Source of the DNA: an uncultured Acidimicrobiaceae bacterium
GTDB taxonomy: Bacteria > Actinomycetota > Acidimicrobiia > Acidimicrobiales > RAAP-2
Reading direction: 5' to 3'
Length of the DNA stretch: 64,000 bases
Assembly: GCA_963744935.1 (NCBI GenBank)
Contig: CAVUVM010000001.1
Span: 62,822-126,821 of the forward strand
This document shows positions 56,719-64,000 of this stretch, piece by piece. The notes under the pieces were generated by a model that worked only from the letters and a program-made list of their open reading frames with translations, made no database searches and was not told the DNA's origin. Position numbers and translations under genes: made by a program. How positions within the stretch are numbered: position 1 is the first letter of the stretch; every line of letters starts with the position of its first letter.

Positions 56719-57483
56719 TTGGACAATCGAGACGAATGGCTTGCTCGGACCTTTGTCGAACTTGCCGACACCCTTGTGGCCGACTTCGACCTCATCGAGT
56801 TTCTCTCGATGCTGGCGGACCGCTGCGTGGAATTGCTCGACGCCGCCGAGGTCGGATTGGTCCTGGTCGGCCCGCGGGGACTGCAAGTGATGGCCTCCTC
56901 GAGCGAGCGCATGAAGGTGACGGAACTGTTGGAGGTGCAGTTCGAGGAGGGTCCGTGCTTCGAGTGTGCTCGTGCGGGGCTCCCCGTCTTGAACCAGCGG
57001 CTCGCGTCGGTCGATGATCGATGGCCGCGCTTTGCCCCAATGGCCCGCGAGAGCGGCTTCCAGATGGTCCACGCGGTGCCATTGCGGCTCCGCGACGAGG
57101 TGATAGGGGCGATGAACGTGTTCGACATCTCGCTCCACGAGATGACGCTCACGGAATCGAATCTGCTCAGGGCCTTTGCTGACGCCGCCACGATCGGGAT
57201 TCTCCAGGAACGGACCGTCAAGCAGCACAGCGATCTTTCAATCCAACTCCAGGGCGCTCTCAACTCCCGGATCGCAGTCGAGCAGGCGAAGGGGGTCGTC
57301 GCGGAACGGTTGAAGGTCGACATGGACACCGCGTTCGGAATGATCCGCAACCACGCCCGGAAACACAACATGCTGCTGAGTGCGGTCGCCGACGCTCTCG
57401 TTCGGGGCTCGCTCAGTGCGACCGAGCTCGCATCGGCATCGGAAGAACGGAGCGCGGACAGGGCGAAGGGGCGACCTGACTGA
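56719..57483 (+). CDS. GAF + ANTAR domain RNA-binding regulator
   Basis: TTG start. FVELADTLVADFDLIEFL, EGPCFEC, and ANTAR IAVEQAKGVVAERLKVDMDTAFGMIRNHARKHN. Confidence 0.85.
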   Translation: MDNRDEWLARTFVELADTLVADFDLIEFLSMLADRCVELLDAAEVGLVLVGPRGLQVMASSSERMKVTELLEVQFEEGPCFECARAGLPVLNQRLASVDDRWPRFAPMARESGFQMVHAVPLRLRDEVIGAMNVFDISLHEMTLTESNLLRAFADAATIGILQERTVKQHSDLSIQLQGALNSRIAVEQAKGVVAERLKVDMDTAFGMIRNHARKHNMLLSAVADALVRGSLSATELASASEERSADRAKGRPD

Positions 57484-57489
57484 TCGGCC

Positions 57490-58320
57490 GTGATGGATGA
57501 CCAGCTCCCGTCCCGAGTGAGTGCTCGTGCCCAAGAGCCCAGTCCACGGCAGCACATTGCATCTCCAACCCTGAGAACGTGGAATTCCTTCGATCGATTC
57601 AGGGAAAATGCCCCACCCTGTGTCGGGAACGAACCAGAAGGCGATACGTTTGAGCGCGTGTGCTTCTCTCCCGAAGGCGATCTTGTCGGGGGACTGGTGG
57701 TCACCGCTATCGGTATCGACGCGTACCGACACCTCCGCGGGCAGGACAACCACCTGTTGTTCGCGACCGTGCCGCTCGTACTCGGAATTCATCAACTCGA
57801 TGAATCGCTCGTTTGGTGGGGGCTCGAGGGACCTGTTCCGCACTCGCTCGGACGGTTCGCAATGTGGATCTACTTGGTGATTGCCATGGTGGTCGTCCCC
57901 ATCCTCGTGCCTCTCTCGATCTGGAAGCTTCAACCAACATCACCACGACGATGGGTCATCGCTCCCTTTCTCGGCCTCGGCATCATCGTGGCGACCATCC
58001 TGCTGATTACTATGTTGCGAGGGCCGGTCACCGTCAGCCTGGGCGCGCACCATCTCGCCTATAGCATCGGGCTCCGCCATGGGATACTGATTATCGGCCT
58101 CTACGTGCTTGCGACGTGTGGATCGCTCCTCTGCTCGGGCTATCGGGACATTACGATCTTCGGCGTTGCCAATCTGATCGCAGTGGTCGTCTTGGCTCGA
58201 CTCACCGCTGATGGATTTGCGTCGCTCTGGTGTGCCTACGCGGCACTTGCAGCCGGGTTCATCTCACTTCACATGCGCCTCGGGAGAGCGCACCGAGCGA
58301 AGCCCTACGCTCTGACCTAA
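57490..58320 (+). CDS. Polytopic membrane protein (DUF6629-like)
   Basis: About 6 TM helices. The true start is likely internal, for example GTG 57658. Confidence 0.55.
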   Translation: MMDDQLPSRVSARAQEPSPRQHIASPTLRTWNSFDRFRENAPPCVGNEPEGDTFERVCFSPEGDLVGGLVVTAIGIDAYRHLRGQDNHLLFATVPLVLGIHQLDESLVWWGLEGPVPHSLGRFAMWIYLVIAMVVVPILVPLSIWKLQPTSPRRWVIAPFLGLGIIVATILLITMLRGPVTVSLGAHHLAYSIGLRHGILIIGLYVLATCGSLLCSGYRDITIFGVANLIAVVVLARLTADGFASLWCAYAALAAGFISLHMRLGRAHRAKPYALT

Positions 58321-58464
58321 GCCTGGTGAGCGACGGAAGCAACCCCCGATCTTCTGATCCGTAGTGGCTCCTGAGCCGTCCAGACCGTTGTACTCAGTGG
58401 CGTTCTGCCAGTTCAGAGTGGGTACCGGATCCAGACAGTCTGACCTGGTCGGCGCAGTTTCTCT

Positions 58465-58557
58465 CAAAAGATTGCCAAAGAGATTGCCAGACGGTGATCA
58501 GAAGGTTGTCTCATTGCGCGATTTCGACTCGACCCATGTGCGCGAATCGCAAACCCA
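58465..58557. repeat. Islet-flanking direct repeat, left copy (DR-A)
   Basis: Aligns with 63176-63270 at about 80% identity. Contains the GATTGCCA-N4-GATTGCCA doublet and the AbiEii stop codon. Confidence 0.8.
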
Positions 58558-59415
58558 TACTCCGACTGCGGTGTCGCGAAATAAAGGGTCGAGAAAGGTG
58601 CGGACCACGCCGAGCGCTTCGTCCAAAGTGCGCGCTGTGTCGAGGAGGGAACGGCGCGCCTCGGCCGCATACCCCCGCTCCCAGAGGATCCGATCGGGCA
58701 CGTCGAAATGATCGGGGAGTGTTAGTTCCCGTCGCTCGAACTCTGAGCGCAGAGCGGCTGACTGTGCCTCCGCTGAAACTGAGGCTGCGGTCACGATCGC
58801 CACCAGATCCACCAGGTCCCGGTAGCGCGTCGATGGTTGCTGGCCCTCACCGTGGCGTTCGTAGGTTGCGGCGATCTTGTCGGCAATGTGATCAACGAGT
58901 GGGTACGCTCGATAGCCGCGCTGCTCGACGTCGGGGATGACCCCTCGAGCCAACGGTGGGACGTCATCAGGCTGACCGGTCATCCGGAGATCGGAACCGA
59001 CGATGTCAACGCGAAATTCCACCCACGTCGTGGCACCGATGACAGCATTCACCGGAAGACGGACGGCACTGGCGGCGACCGGCGTGCCGCCCCCCACTTC
59101 GAATCGAAACCAGTCGCCAACATCGATTGCTGCCGCCTGGCGCAGCTCCTCCTCCGCCACCCCCCTCGCGACATCGCGGTAGAGGTCGATGTCGAGACTT
59201 CCGCGCACACCGATATCCCGGGCGAGCAGAGCGGTGGCACCTTTCACGATCCATCCATCGTCGATGAAATAGAGCCGCTCGATGAGTCGGTCGTAGGCAA
59301 CCTGCCGTTGGAGCTGCTGCAATGACCATCGACCGTCTCTGGCCGCTGTCTTGAGCCGGTCCGTCAGAGCACGCCGAAAGGCGGCCGGGGTCGCGTAGCG
59401 ATCCCCCGCACTCAT
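58498..59415 (-). CDS. Nucleotidyltransferase AbiEii/AbiGii-family toxin (type IV TA)
   Basis: N-terminal FRRALTDRLK...WIVKGATALLAR...GSLDIDL pattern. ATGA overlap with the upstream AbiEi gene. Confidence 0.85.
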   Translation of the reverse strand: MSAGDRYATPAAFRRALTDRLKTAARDGRWSLQQLQRQVAYDRLIERLYFIDDGWIVKGATALLARDIGVRGSLDIDLYRDVARGVAEEELRQAAAIDVGDWFRFEVGGGTPVAASAVRLPVNAVIGATTWVEFRVDIVGSDLRMTGQPDDVPPLARGVIPDVEQRGYRAYPLVDHIADKIAATYERHGEGQQPSTRYRDLVDLVAIVTAASVSAEAQSAALRSEFERRELTLPDHFDVPDRILWERGYAAEARRSLLDTARTLDEALGVVRTFLDPLFRDTAVGVWVCDSRTWVESKSRNETTF

Positions 59416-60119
59416 GTCGCCACCCCTGCAGTGCGAGCGACGTGGGCGCGTGCCTCGTCCATCCACCGATCTCTCTCGGGATTACCGGTCATGTCAAGGA
59501 ACCATCGGAATAGCCCGAGACCGTCGCCCTTGCGGAGGCCGAACCGGGCGGCATGTGCTGCGAGGCTGTCGGCGAAGCTCCCCGGGTAGTCGTAGACGGA
59601 CGAAATCGCATCGGCGATCAGCTGAGCCACCGCCTCCGGGTCCTCGTTGTCCCACAGGAGGTCCGATGCGATGCGCGAAGGCCTGGTGACCGGGAGACCA
59701 CGCTGGCCGATCCATTCCCGATCCTCGAGGGGCCGCACGTGGATGCGTACGTCCGGTCGTCGGGTCTGCTTTCGCTTCGGCACGGTGAACTCGTGCCGGT
59801 CGGCCGGCAGGTGTCCCAGTCCGTAAAGAGATGCCGCCGACCGGTGCGAGACGACCCCCTCGTCCGCGGTCCGCGCCCACGCGGGGACTCGTGGATCAAG
59901 CTGGAGCCAGGCCGCGCGTAGATCGAGGTGGTCGGGGATCGGTGCACCCACCAGCCGGTAGACCCCGGTCGCGACCCGTTCGAGACCCCCTCCCGGTGAC
60001 GTGAGGCGCTCGAGCGTCGTCGAGCCGATTCCCTCATCCTCGATCTGCCGGCGGGTGAGGAGACCCCACTGTTCCTGGGCAAATTCCTGGAGCCGCGGTA
60101 GGGCTGACGGTCTGGGCAC
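59412..60119 (-). CDS. AbiEi-family antitoxin/transcriptional regulator (type IV TA)
   Basis: GTG start. N-terminal winged helix: WGLLTRRQIEDEGIGSTTLERLTSPGGGLERVATGVYRL. Confidence 0.85.
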   Translation of the reverse strand: MPRPSALPRLQEFAQEQWGLLTRRQIEDEGIGSTTLERLTSPGGGLERVATGVYRLVGAPIPDHLDLRAAWLQLDPRVPAWARTADEGVVSHRSAASLYGLGHLPADRHEFTVPKRKQTRRPDVRIHVRPLEDREWIGQRGLPVTRPSRIASDLLWDNEDPEAVAQLIADAISSVYDYPGSFADSLAAHAARFGLRKGDGLGLFRWFLDMTGNPERDRWMDEARAHVARTAGVAT

Positions 60120-60128
60120 TGCTTCATT

Positions 60129-60210
60129 ATACCCCTTATAGGGGGGTAATTGCAGTATTAGGAGGGCGATAGTGCTTCGGAATACCCCTTATAAGGGGGT
60201 TAATGCAGTA
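60129..60210. promoter_or_regulatory. Putative AbiEi operator: two 29-bp direct repeats, each containing a palindrome
   Basis: ATACCCCTTATAGGGGGGTAATTGCAGTA at 60129 and ATACCCCTTATAAGGGGGTTAATGCAGTA at 60182. The repeat starts are 53 bp apart, and the first begins 10 bp upstream of the abiEi start. Confidence 0.6.
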
Positions 60211-60225
60211 GGCGCTGGCTGTCCG

Positions 60226-62613
60226 TCATACCAGCCCACTTGAAGGCATTCGAGCGCGCTTGTCTACCGGGAACCCCAGAGAGCTGTATGCAGGGAGGCG
60301 CTTGGCGTGCATGCGAGCGAGAACGGGGACATTGATATCGACGTAGTCGTGCACCTCGACCCGCGATTTTGATGCCGTAGGCCGAAGCACGCGCCCGACG
60401 TACTGGACGATTCGACCTTTGAATGCCAAGGGAAACGCAAGAAAGAGCGTGTCGAGTTGGGGGAAGTCGAATCCCTCTCCCAGAAAGCTCCCTGTTGCCA
60501 GCAGAACCAATCCACCCGCAGACGCCTTCGCCTGCATGTCTGCCGAGGCCGCCGCGCGAGCCTTCTTGCCCATCCCACCGCGCATCACGACAGATTCGAT
60601 CCCGAGAGCCTGCACTTCGCGGCGGAGTCTTTCGAGGTGCTCAGTCCGTTGCGTCAACACCATGCAGTTTCGGCCGTACCCGACAGCCGCTGCGATATCG
60701 CCACAGATCTGACGAGACCGCTCGTCATCCTCGACAATGGCGCTGAAGATCTCCTGGATCCCCACGTCGTCTGCAGGGGCCTGTTCGTGCTCGGTGACGT
60801 GCGTCACCAGGACCCGCTCGACCCTGAGATCCTCAGCCTCGTCACTGGTCATTCGATGACGCTCCGGGCCGCAGTACATCGTGATGAGCTTCTCGAGGTG
60901 GTCTCGGCGATAAGGCGTCGCGGTTAATCCCAGCCAATGGCGCACCGCAATCTGCCGTACGACACGTTCGAAGGTGACTGCCGGAACGTGATGGCATTCA
61001 TCGACGATCACCAATCCGTACCCGGAGGTGCTTTCCGCGAGATCCTCCCGACGGGCGAGGCTCTGCGCCATCGCGATATCGATGACCCCCTTGGCCCGAT
61101 TTCGTCCACCGCCGAACTGGCCGACCTCGTTAGCCCCCACGCCGAGGTGATCTCCGAGCCGCTCCCGCCATTGATCAACAAGTGGCTGTCGGTCCACCAC
61201 CACGAGCGTCGGGAGCCGGCGATGGGAGATGAGTGCACAGGCGATCACCGTCTTGCCTGAGCCCGGAGGAGCCACAAGGACGCCGAGATCGTGGGGGATA
61301 AGCGCCTCCAGTGCTCGACCCTGGTGATCGGTGAGGTGTGCCTGCAAGGACACGTCGATCGGCTCGGGTGTTCCACACGCGTCCGTGACGGCGAGGCTGC
61401 TTCCGGCGTCTGCGACCATGCTCTTTGCCTGGTCCTGGATCCCGCGAGGGAGATGGAGGCGATCGATGGTCTCGCCGTAACAGCGCAAGAAGCGAGGCGT
61501 GTTCCAGGTGGAGAACCGGAGCCGCTCCTTTTCGTAGTAGTCGGGGTTGTGGAGCGAGGCCAGATGCTTGAGCGCAGCCAGGAGAGCTGGCGGCACGCCG
61601 ATGCGATCGATCTCGAGCATGGCGCCGGCGAAAGCGGGGATGACGTCGGGAGGTTTCTGATCGGCACTATCCCCCCGCGGGCGCCGATACCGAGCGTCGT
61701 CGGGGCCGGCGGCGACGGGTGCGAGCGTCCTCTCAAGTTGAAGCACAGCCTCAGGGGACATTCGAGGCACAGACGCCAAGAACGCCCATTGGTCCTCGTG
61801 CGGTTCGAGGGTTGCTGGATCGAGGAAGACGGTGGTGCCTTGCCGCCGGCACTCACCTTGGAGTGGAAGCGCGATCAGGTTCCCAAAGGACCCTTTCGGG
61901 ACAAAGTCCTGTGTGGGGAACAGTCGGTCGTAGCTCGACAGATCCAGTTCCGCTCTGAACTCCATCGCCTCGCGGAGGATGTGCACGCCGAGACGGCGAG
62001 CAGAGGAGGCTGACACCGGCCCAGAAAAGAAGATCCAGGTGTGCGCCCCGTCACCCGACCGCGATCGCTCGAGGGCCACCGGTACCCCGATCGTTGCGGC
62101 GGCATCGAGGTAGGCCAGCGCATCGAGCACCCAGCCTTCTCCATCAAAATCACAGGCCAGCAGTCGGCACTCGTCGCCACGGCGTAGTGGATAGAGGCCG
62201 AGGTGGCTCTCGCCACCGAGATGTGATTCGACCACTTCTTCGCTGAGCGGCACGTACTGGCGTCCGGGCCTCTTGGCGTTTGCCCAGCCGCCGATTACAG
62301 CGGGACTCCAGCCCGTCTTGCCGGTGCGAGCGCTTTCCCAGCGGAGCGCGTGCACATCGTCGCGTCCCAGAAATAAGGAACGGAAGAGCGCGATTTTGAG
62401 CTCAGCCGGCGAGTTCTTGTCCACACTCGGATGGACATCCTTATGTTCGGACTCGACGAAGAGTGTTGGTTCCCACGGCCGCACGGTCTCCAGCCGGCTC
62501 GGTTGATCGAGGCCCAGCAGCGCACGGAGACGATCGTTCTCCGCCCGGATCGCTTCGATCTCGGCTTCGAGTGCACGGATCTTGGGATCGTCGGAGTCGG
62601 TCACTTCGGACAT
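60226..62613 (-). CDS. Archaeo-eukaryotic primase (PrimPol)-like domain fused to an SF2 DExH helicase
   Basis: ATG at 62613, then an N-terminal coiled coil. AEP motifs: LLACDFDGEGW (DxD), GDGAHTWIFF (sxH), SYDRLFP. Helicase motifs: APPGSGKT, VDECHH, TATP, QYVGRVLR. Confidence 0.85.
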   Translation of the reverse strand: MSEVTDSDDPKIRALEAEIEAIRAENDRLRALLGLDQPSRLETVRPWEPTLFVESEHKDVHPSVDKNSPAELKIALFRSLFLGRDDVHALRWESARTGKTGWSPAVIGGWANAKRPGRQYVPLSEEVVESHLGGESHLGLYPLRRGDECRLLACDFDGEGWVLDALAYLDAAATIGVPVALERSRSGDGAHTWIFFSGPVSASSARRLGVHILREAMEFRAELDLSSYDRLFPTQDFVPKGSFGNLIALPLQGECRRQGTTVFLDPATLEPHEDQWAFLASVPRMSPEAVLQLERTLAPVAAGPDDARYRRPRGDSADQKPPDVIPAFAGAMLEIDRIGVPPALLAALKHLASLHNPDYYEKERLRFSTWNTPRFLRCYGETIDRLHLPRGIQDQAKSMVADAGSSLAVTDACGTPEPIDVSLQAHLTDHQGRALEALIPHDLGVLVAPPGSGKTVIACALISHRRLPTLVVVDRQPLVDQWRERLGDHLGVGANEVGQFGGGRNRAKGVIDIAMAQSLARREDLAESTSGYGLVIVDECHHVPAVTFERVVRQIAVRHWLGLTATPYRRDHLEKLITMYCGPERHRMTSDEAEDLRVERVLVTHVTEHEQAPADDVGIQEIFSAIVEDDERSRQICGDIAAAVGYGRNCMVLTQRTEHLERLRREVQALGIESVVMRGGMGKKARAAASADMQAKASAGGLVLLATGSFLGEGFDFPQLDTLFLAFPLAFKGRIVQYVGRVLRPTASKSRVEVHDYVDINVPVLARMHAKRLPAYSSLGFPVDKRARMPSSGLV

Positions 62614-62651
62614 GAAGCGTCTAGCGGGCTTGAACCGCTGACCTCTGACGA

Positions 62652-63113
62652 CTACGAAGCACGTAGAAACTCCGCGTATCGCTGCTCGAGGCGAATGGGT
62701 TCGGGTCTGGCTGCAGGATTGTGGGGTACGGCGATGAGCGACCCATGCATCTCCTGGAGGCCGTGTTTGAGCATGGGACCATCCTCTTCGTCGAGCAGCT
62801 CTTGATTGATTCTGACCTCGTGCCCGGGGGTGATTCCGAGAAAGTTGCGATCGAACGCAGCATGGTGGATTTTGCACAGTGCCATCCCGTTGGTCACCAC
62901 AGGATCGCCGTCGCCCTCGCCATCACCGATTATGTGAGCAGCGTCGAGCAACTCGGCATGTCGCAGCCGGCACACGGCGCAGTTTGAAGAATACGCATGG
63001 AGCTCGCGTTCGCGAAACATCGGCTGATGGAGTCGTTGTCTGGTCATTCTTGCGGCATAGACCTTTTCGGGACCGGTGAGCGTGGAGAGATCCACCGTCT
63101 GACCGAGTTGCAT
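62652..63113 (-). CDS. HNH endonuclease (HNH_2-like)
   Basis: CAVCRL...LLDAAHIIG...TNGMALCKIHHAAFD beta-beta-alpha-Me motif. Ends 38 nt upstream of the helicase gene on the same strand. Confidence 0.8.
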   Translation of the reverse strand: MQLGQTVDLSTLTGPEKVYAARMTRQRLHQPMFRERELHAYSSNCAVCRLRHAELLDAAHIIGDGEGDGDPVVTNGMALCKIHHAAFDRNFLGITPGHEVRINQELLDEEDGPMLKHGLQEMHGSLIAVPHNPAARPEPIRLEQRYAEFLRAS

Positions 63114-63175
63114 ATCCCCAGCTCAAATAGGGCTCAGTGTCCACTGGGTAAAGCGTTGTCACCTCGAGTATGCCC

Positions 63176-63270
63176 CAAAAGATTGCCAAAAGGATTGCCA
63201 GAAACGACGATCAGAAGGTTGCCTCATTGGACGGTTTCTTGTCGACCAGTGCGCGCAAATCGCGGTCCCA
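63176..63270. repeat. Islet-flanking direct repeat, right copy (DR-B), with a decayed AbiEii-like 3' end
   Basis: Aligns with DR-A. The minus-strand frame ends ...DRDLRALVDKKPSNEATF*, compared with the AbiEii C-terminus ...DSRTWVESKSRNETTF*. Confidence 0.8.
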
Positions 63271-63274
63271 GCCC

Positions 63275-63742
63275 CTAAGTGAAGATGATCTCCCCGCCGG
63301 CGGCCTTTTTGTAGAACTCGCCCACGGTGATGATGTCCTCGACCTGATCGATGAAATCGTCCTTGGTAAAACCGAACAGGTCCACCGAGGCCTTGCACGC
63401 GTAGAGCCCACAGCCAGTATCGGCGATCATCTCCACGAACTCGGGCACGCCGGGGATGTCGTGCTGCTCCATCTTCCTCTCCATCATGTGGGTCGCGATG
63501 GCCGACATACCGGGCAAAACACCGATCAGGCTTGCCATGTGCATTCCCGGATTGCCAACCGCGGCCACCTTCAGGTGTTCGAGCCGCTTTTTGTTGATGG
63601 CGTCGAGGCCGAAGAACGTAAAGAAGAGATTGGCTTCGATCCCCTCGGCGCGCGCTCCGTTGGCCATGATCAAGCCGGGATAGACGCCTTCCAGCGACCC
63701 CTTAGACATGATGATCGACACCTTTTCGATGGCTTCGCCCAT
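63275..63742 (-). CDS. DsrE/DsrF/DsrH-like sulfur-relay family protein
   Basis: 155 aa. Contains FFTFFGLD and CGLYACKASVDLFG motifs. Confidence 0.75.
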   Translation of the reverse strand: MGEAIEKVSIIMSKGSLEGVYPGLIMANGARAEGIEANLFFTFFGLDAINKKRLEHLKVAAVGNPGMHMASLIGVLPGMSAIATHMMERKMEQHDIPGVPEFVEMIADTGCGLYACKASVDLFGFTKDDFIDQVEDIITVGEFYKKAAGGEIIFT

Positions 63743-63765
63743 GTGCGTGCTCCTTTCGTGAGGGA

Positions 63766-64000
63766 TCAGATGCAGCCGCGCGGTTTGGGAATCCCTGCGA
63801 TCTTGGCGGCGGTCTTGGCCGGGCCCTTCGGGAAGAGCTGGTAGAGCTCCTTGATGGGTATTCCGGAGATCTTGGCCAACATCCGCACATTTGGGCCGGA
63901 GCCCGAGGCCTCGTACTGCTGGCGCATGAAGCGGATGACCTGCCAGTGACGCTCGGTGAGGAGATCGATCTCCTCACGGTGTGCCAACTCGACGGCCATC
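63766..64000 (-). CDS. TusE/DsrC-family sulfur relay protein, 5' end cut by the window edge
   Basis: LTERHWQVIRFMRQQY and the C-terminal GIPKPRGCI, typical of TusE/DsrC. About 25 N-terminal residues appear to lie outside the window. Confidence 0.8.
   Translation of the reverse strand, partial: MAVELAHREEIDLLTERHWQVIRFMRQQYEASGSGPNVRMLAKISGIPIKELYQLFPKGPAKTAAKIAGIPKPRGCI

Larger units (their letters stand above)
58465..63270 (-). mobile_element. Direct-repeat-bounded 4.7-kb accessory islet (AbiE TA + HNH + AEP-helicase); no recombinase gene
   Basis: Flanking ~90-bp imperfect direct repeats. GC is lower than the surrounding sequence by eye. All four genes are on the minus strand. Confidence 0.5.

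Noticed and set aside
58321-58464. Integrase, recombinase or tRNA at the islet's left border.
   Set aside because: There is no ORF with recombinase motifs and no tRNA-like structure. Only short shadow ORFs occur here.
60129-60210. Possible mini-CRISPR array: two 29-bp direct repeats separated by a 24-bp spacer.
   Set aside because: There are only two copies, each internally palindromic. They sit exactly in the abiEi promoter spacer and no cas genes are present. An operator explanation fits better.
62614-62877. N-terminal extension of the helicase ORF back to 62877.
   Set aside because: The extension overlaps the HNH gene in another frame and is Arg/Ser/Pro-rich junk. A conserved-looking coiled coil starts at ATG 62613.
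63211-63411. 66-aa minus-strand ORF overlapping the dsrE-like 3' end.
   Set aside because: Only its last ~18 codons resemble AbiEii. The rest overlaps the well-supported dsrE-like gene in another frame. I treated it as a relic inside the direct repeat, not as a gene.

Overview
High-GC (by eye about 65-70%) actinobacterial-type chromosomal segment, densely coding on both strands. I found no rRNA, tRNA or CRISPR array.

- **1-16.9 kb, mostly housekeeping or metabolic:** pstSCA with no pstB; an acyl-CoA dehydrogenase/SDR/cupin cluster; YdbS/YdbT-like PH-domain proteins; a TetR-P450 pair; and a 903-aa polytopic membrane protein.
- **17.6-35.3 kb, bracketed by two inverted copies of an AT-rich ~105-bp element:** small stress-type genes (SHOCT, PLDc_N, DUF6325-like, DUF2252), plus hydrolases, menB and a PAS-GGDEF-EAL protein.
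- **35.5-54.6 kb:** oxygenases; a MacAB-like efflux operon whose adaptor carries a peptidoglycan-binding domain and four Calx-beta-like repeats; an ABC-2 exporter; a MarR-MFS pair; a GH31 enzyme; and a Baeyer-Villiger-type monooxygenase.
- **About 54.6-63.3 kb, visibly lower GC:** a desaturase, two tandem GAF-ANTAR regulators, and the strongest candidate in the window. This is a 4.7-kb islet (58,465-63,270) bounded by ~90-bp imperfect direct repeats. It carries an AbiEi/AbiEii type IV toxin-antitoxin pair with a recognisable double-palindrome operator. Next to it is an operon encoding a small HNH nuclease and a primase-polymerase (AEP) domain fused to an SF2 DExH helicase.

Three otherwise ordinary genes (M20 amidohydrolase, ABC ATPase, MFS transporter) are each split by a single-base frameshift. 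Several perfect short tandem duplications are also present.

All functional calls come from reading the translated ORFs for motifs. No database search was run.
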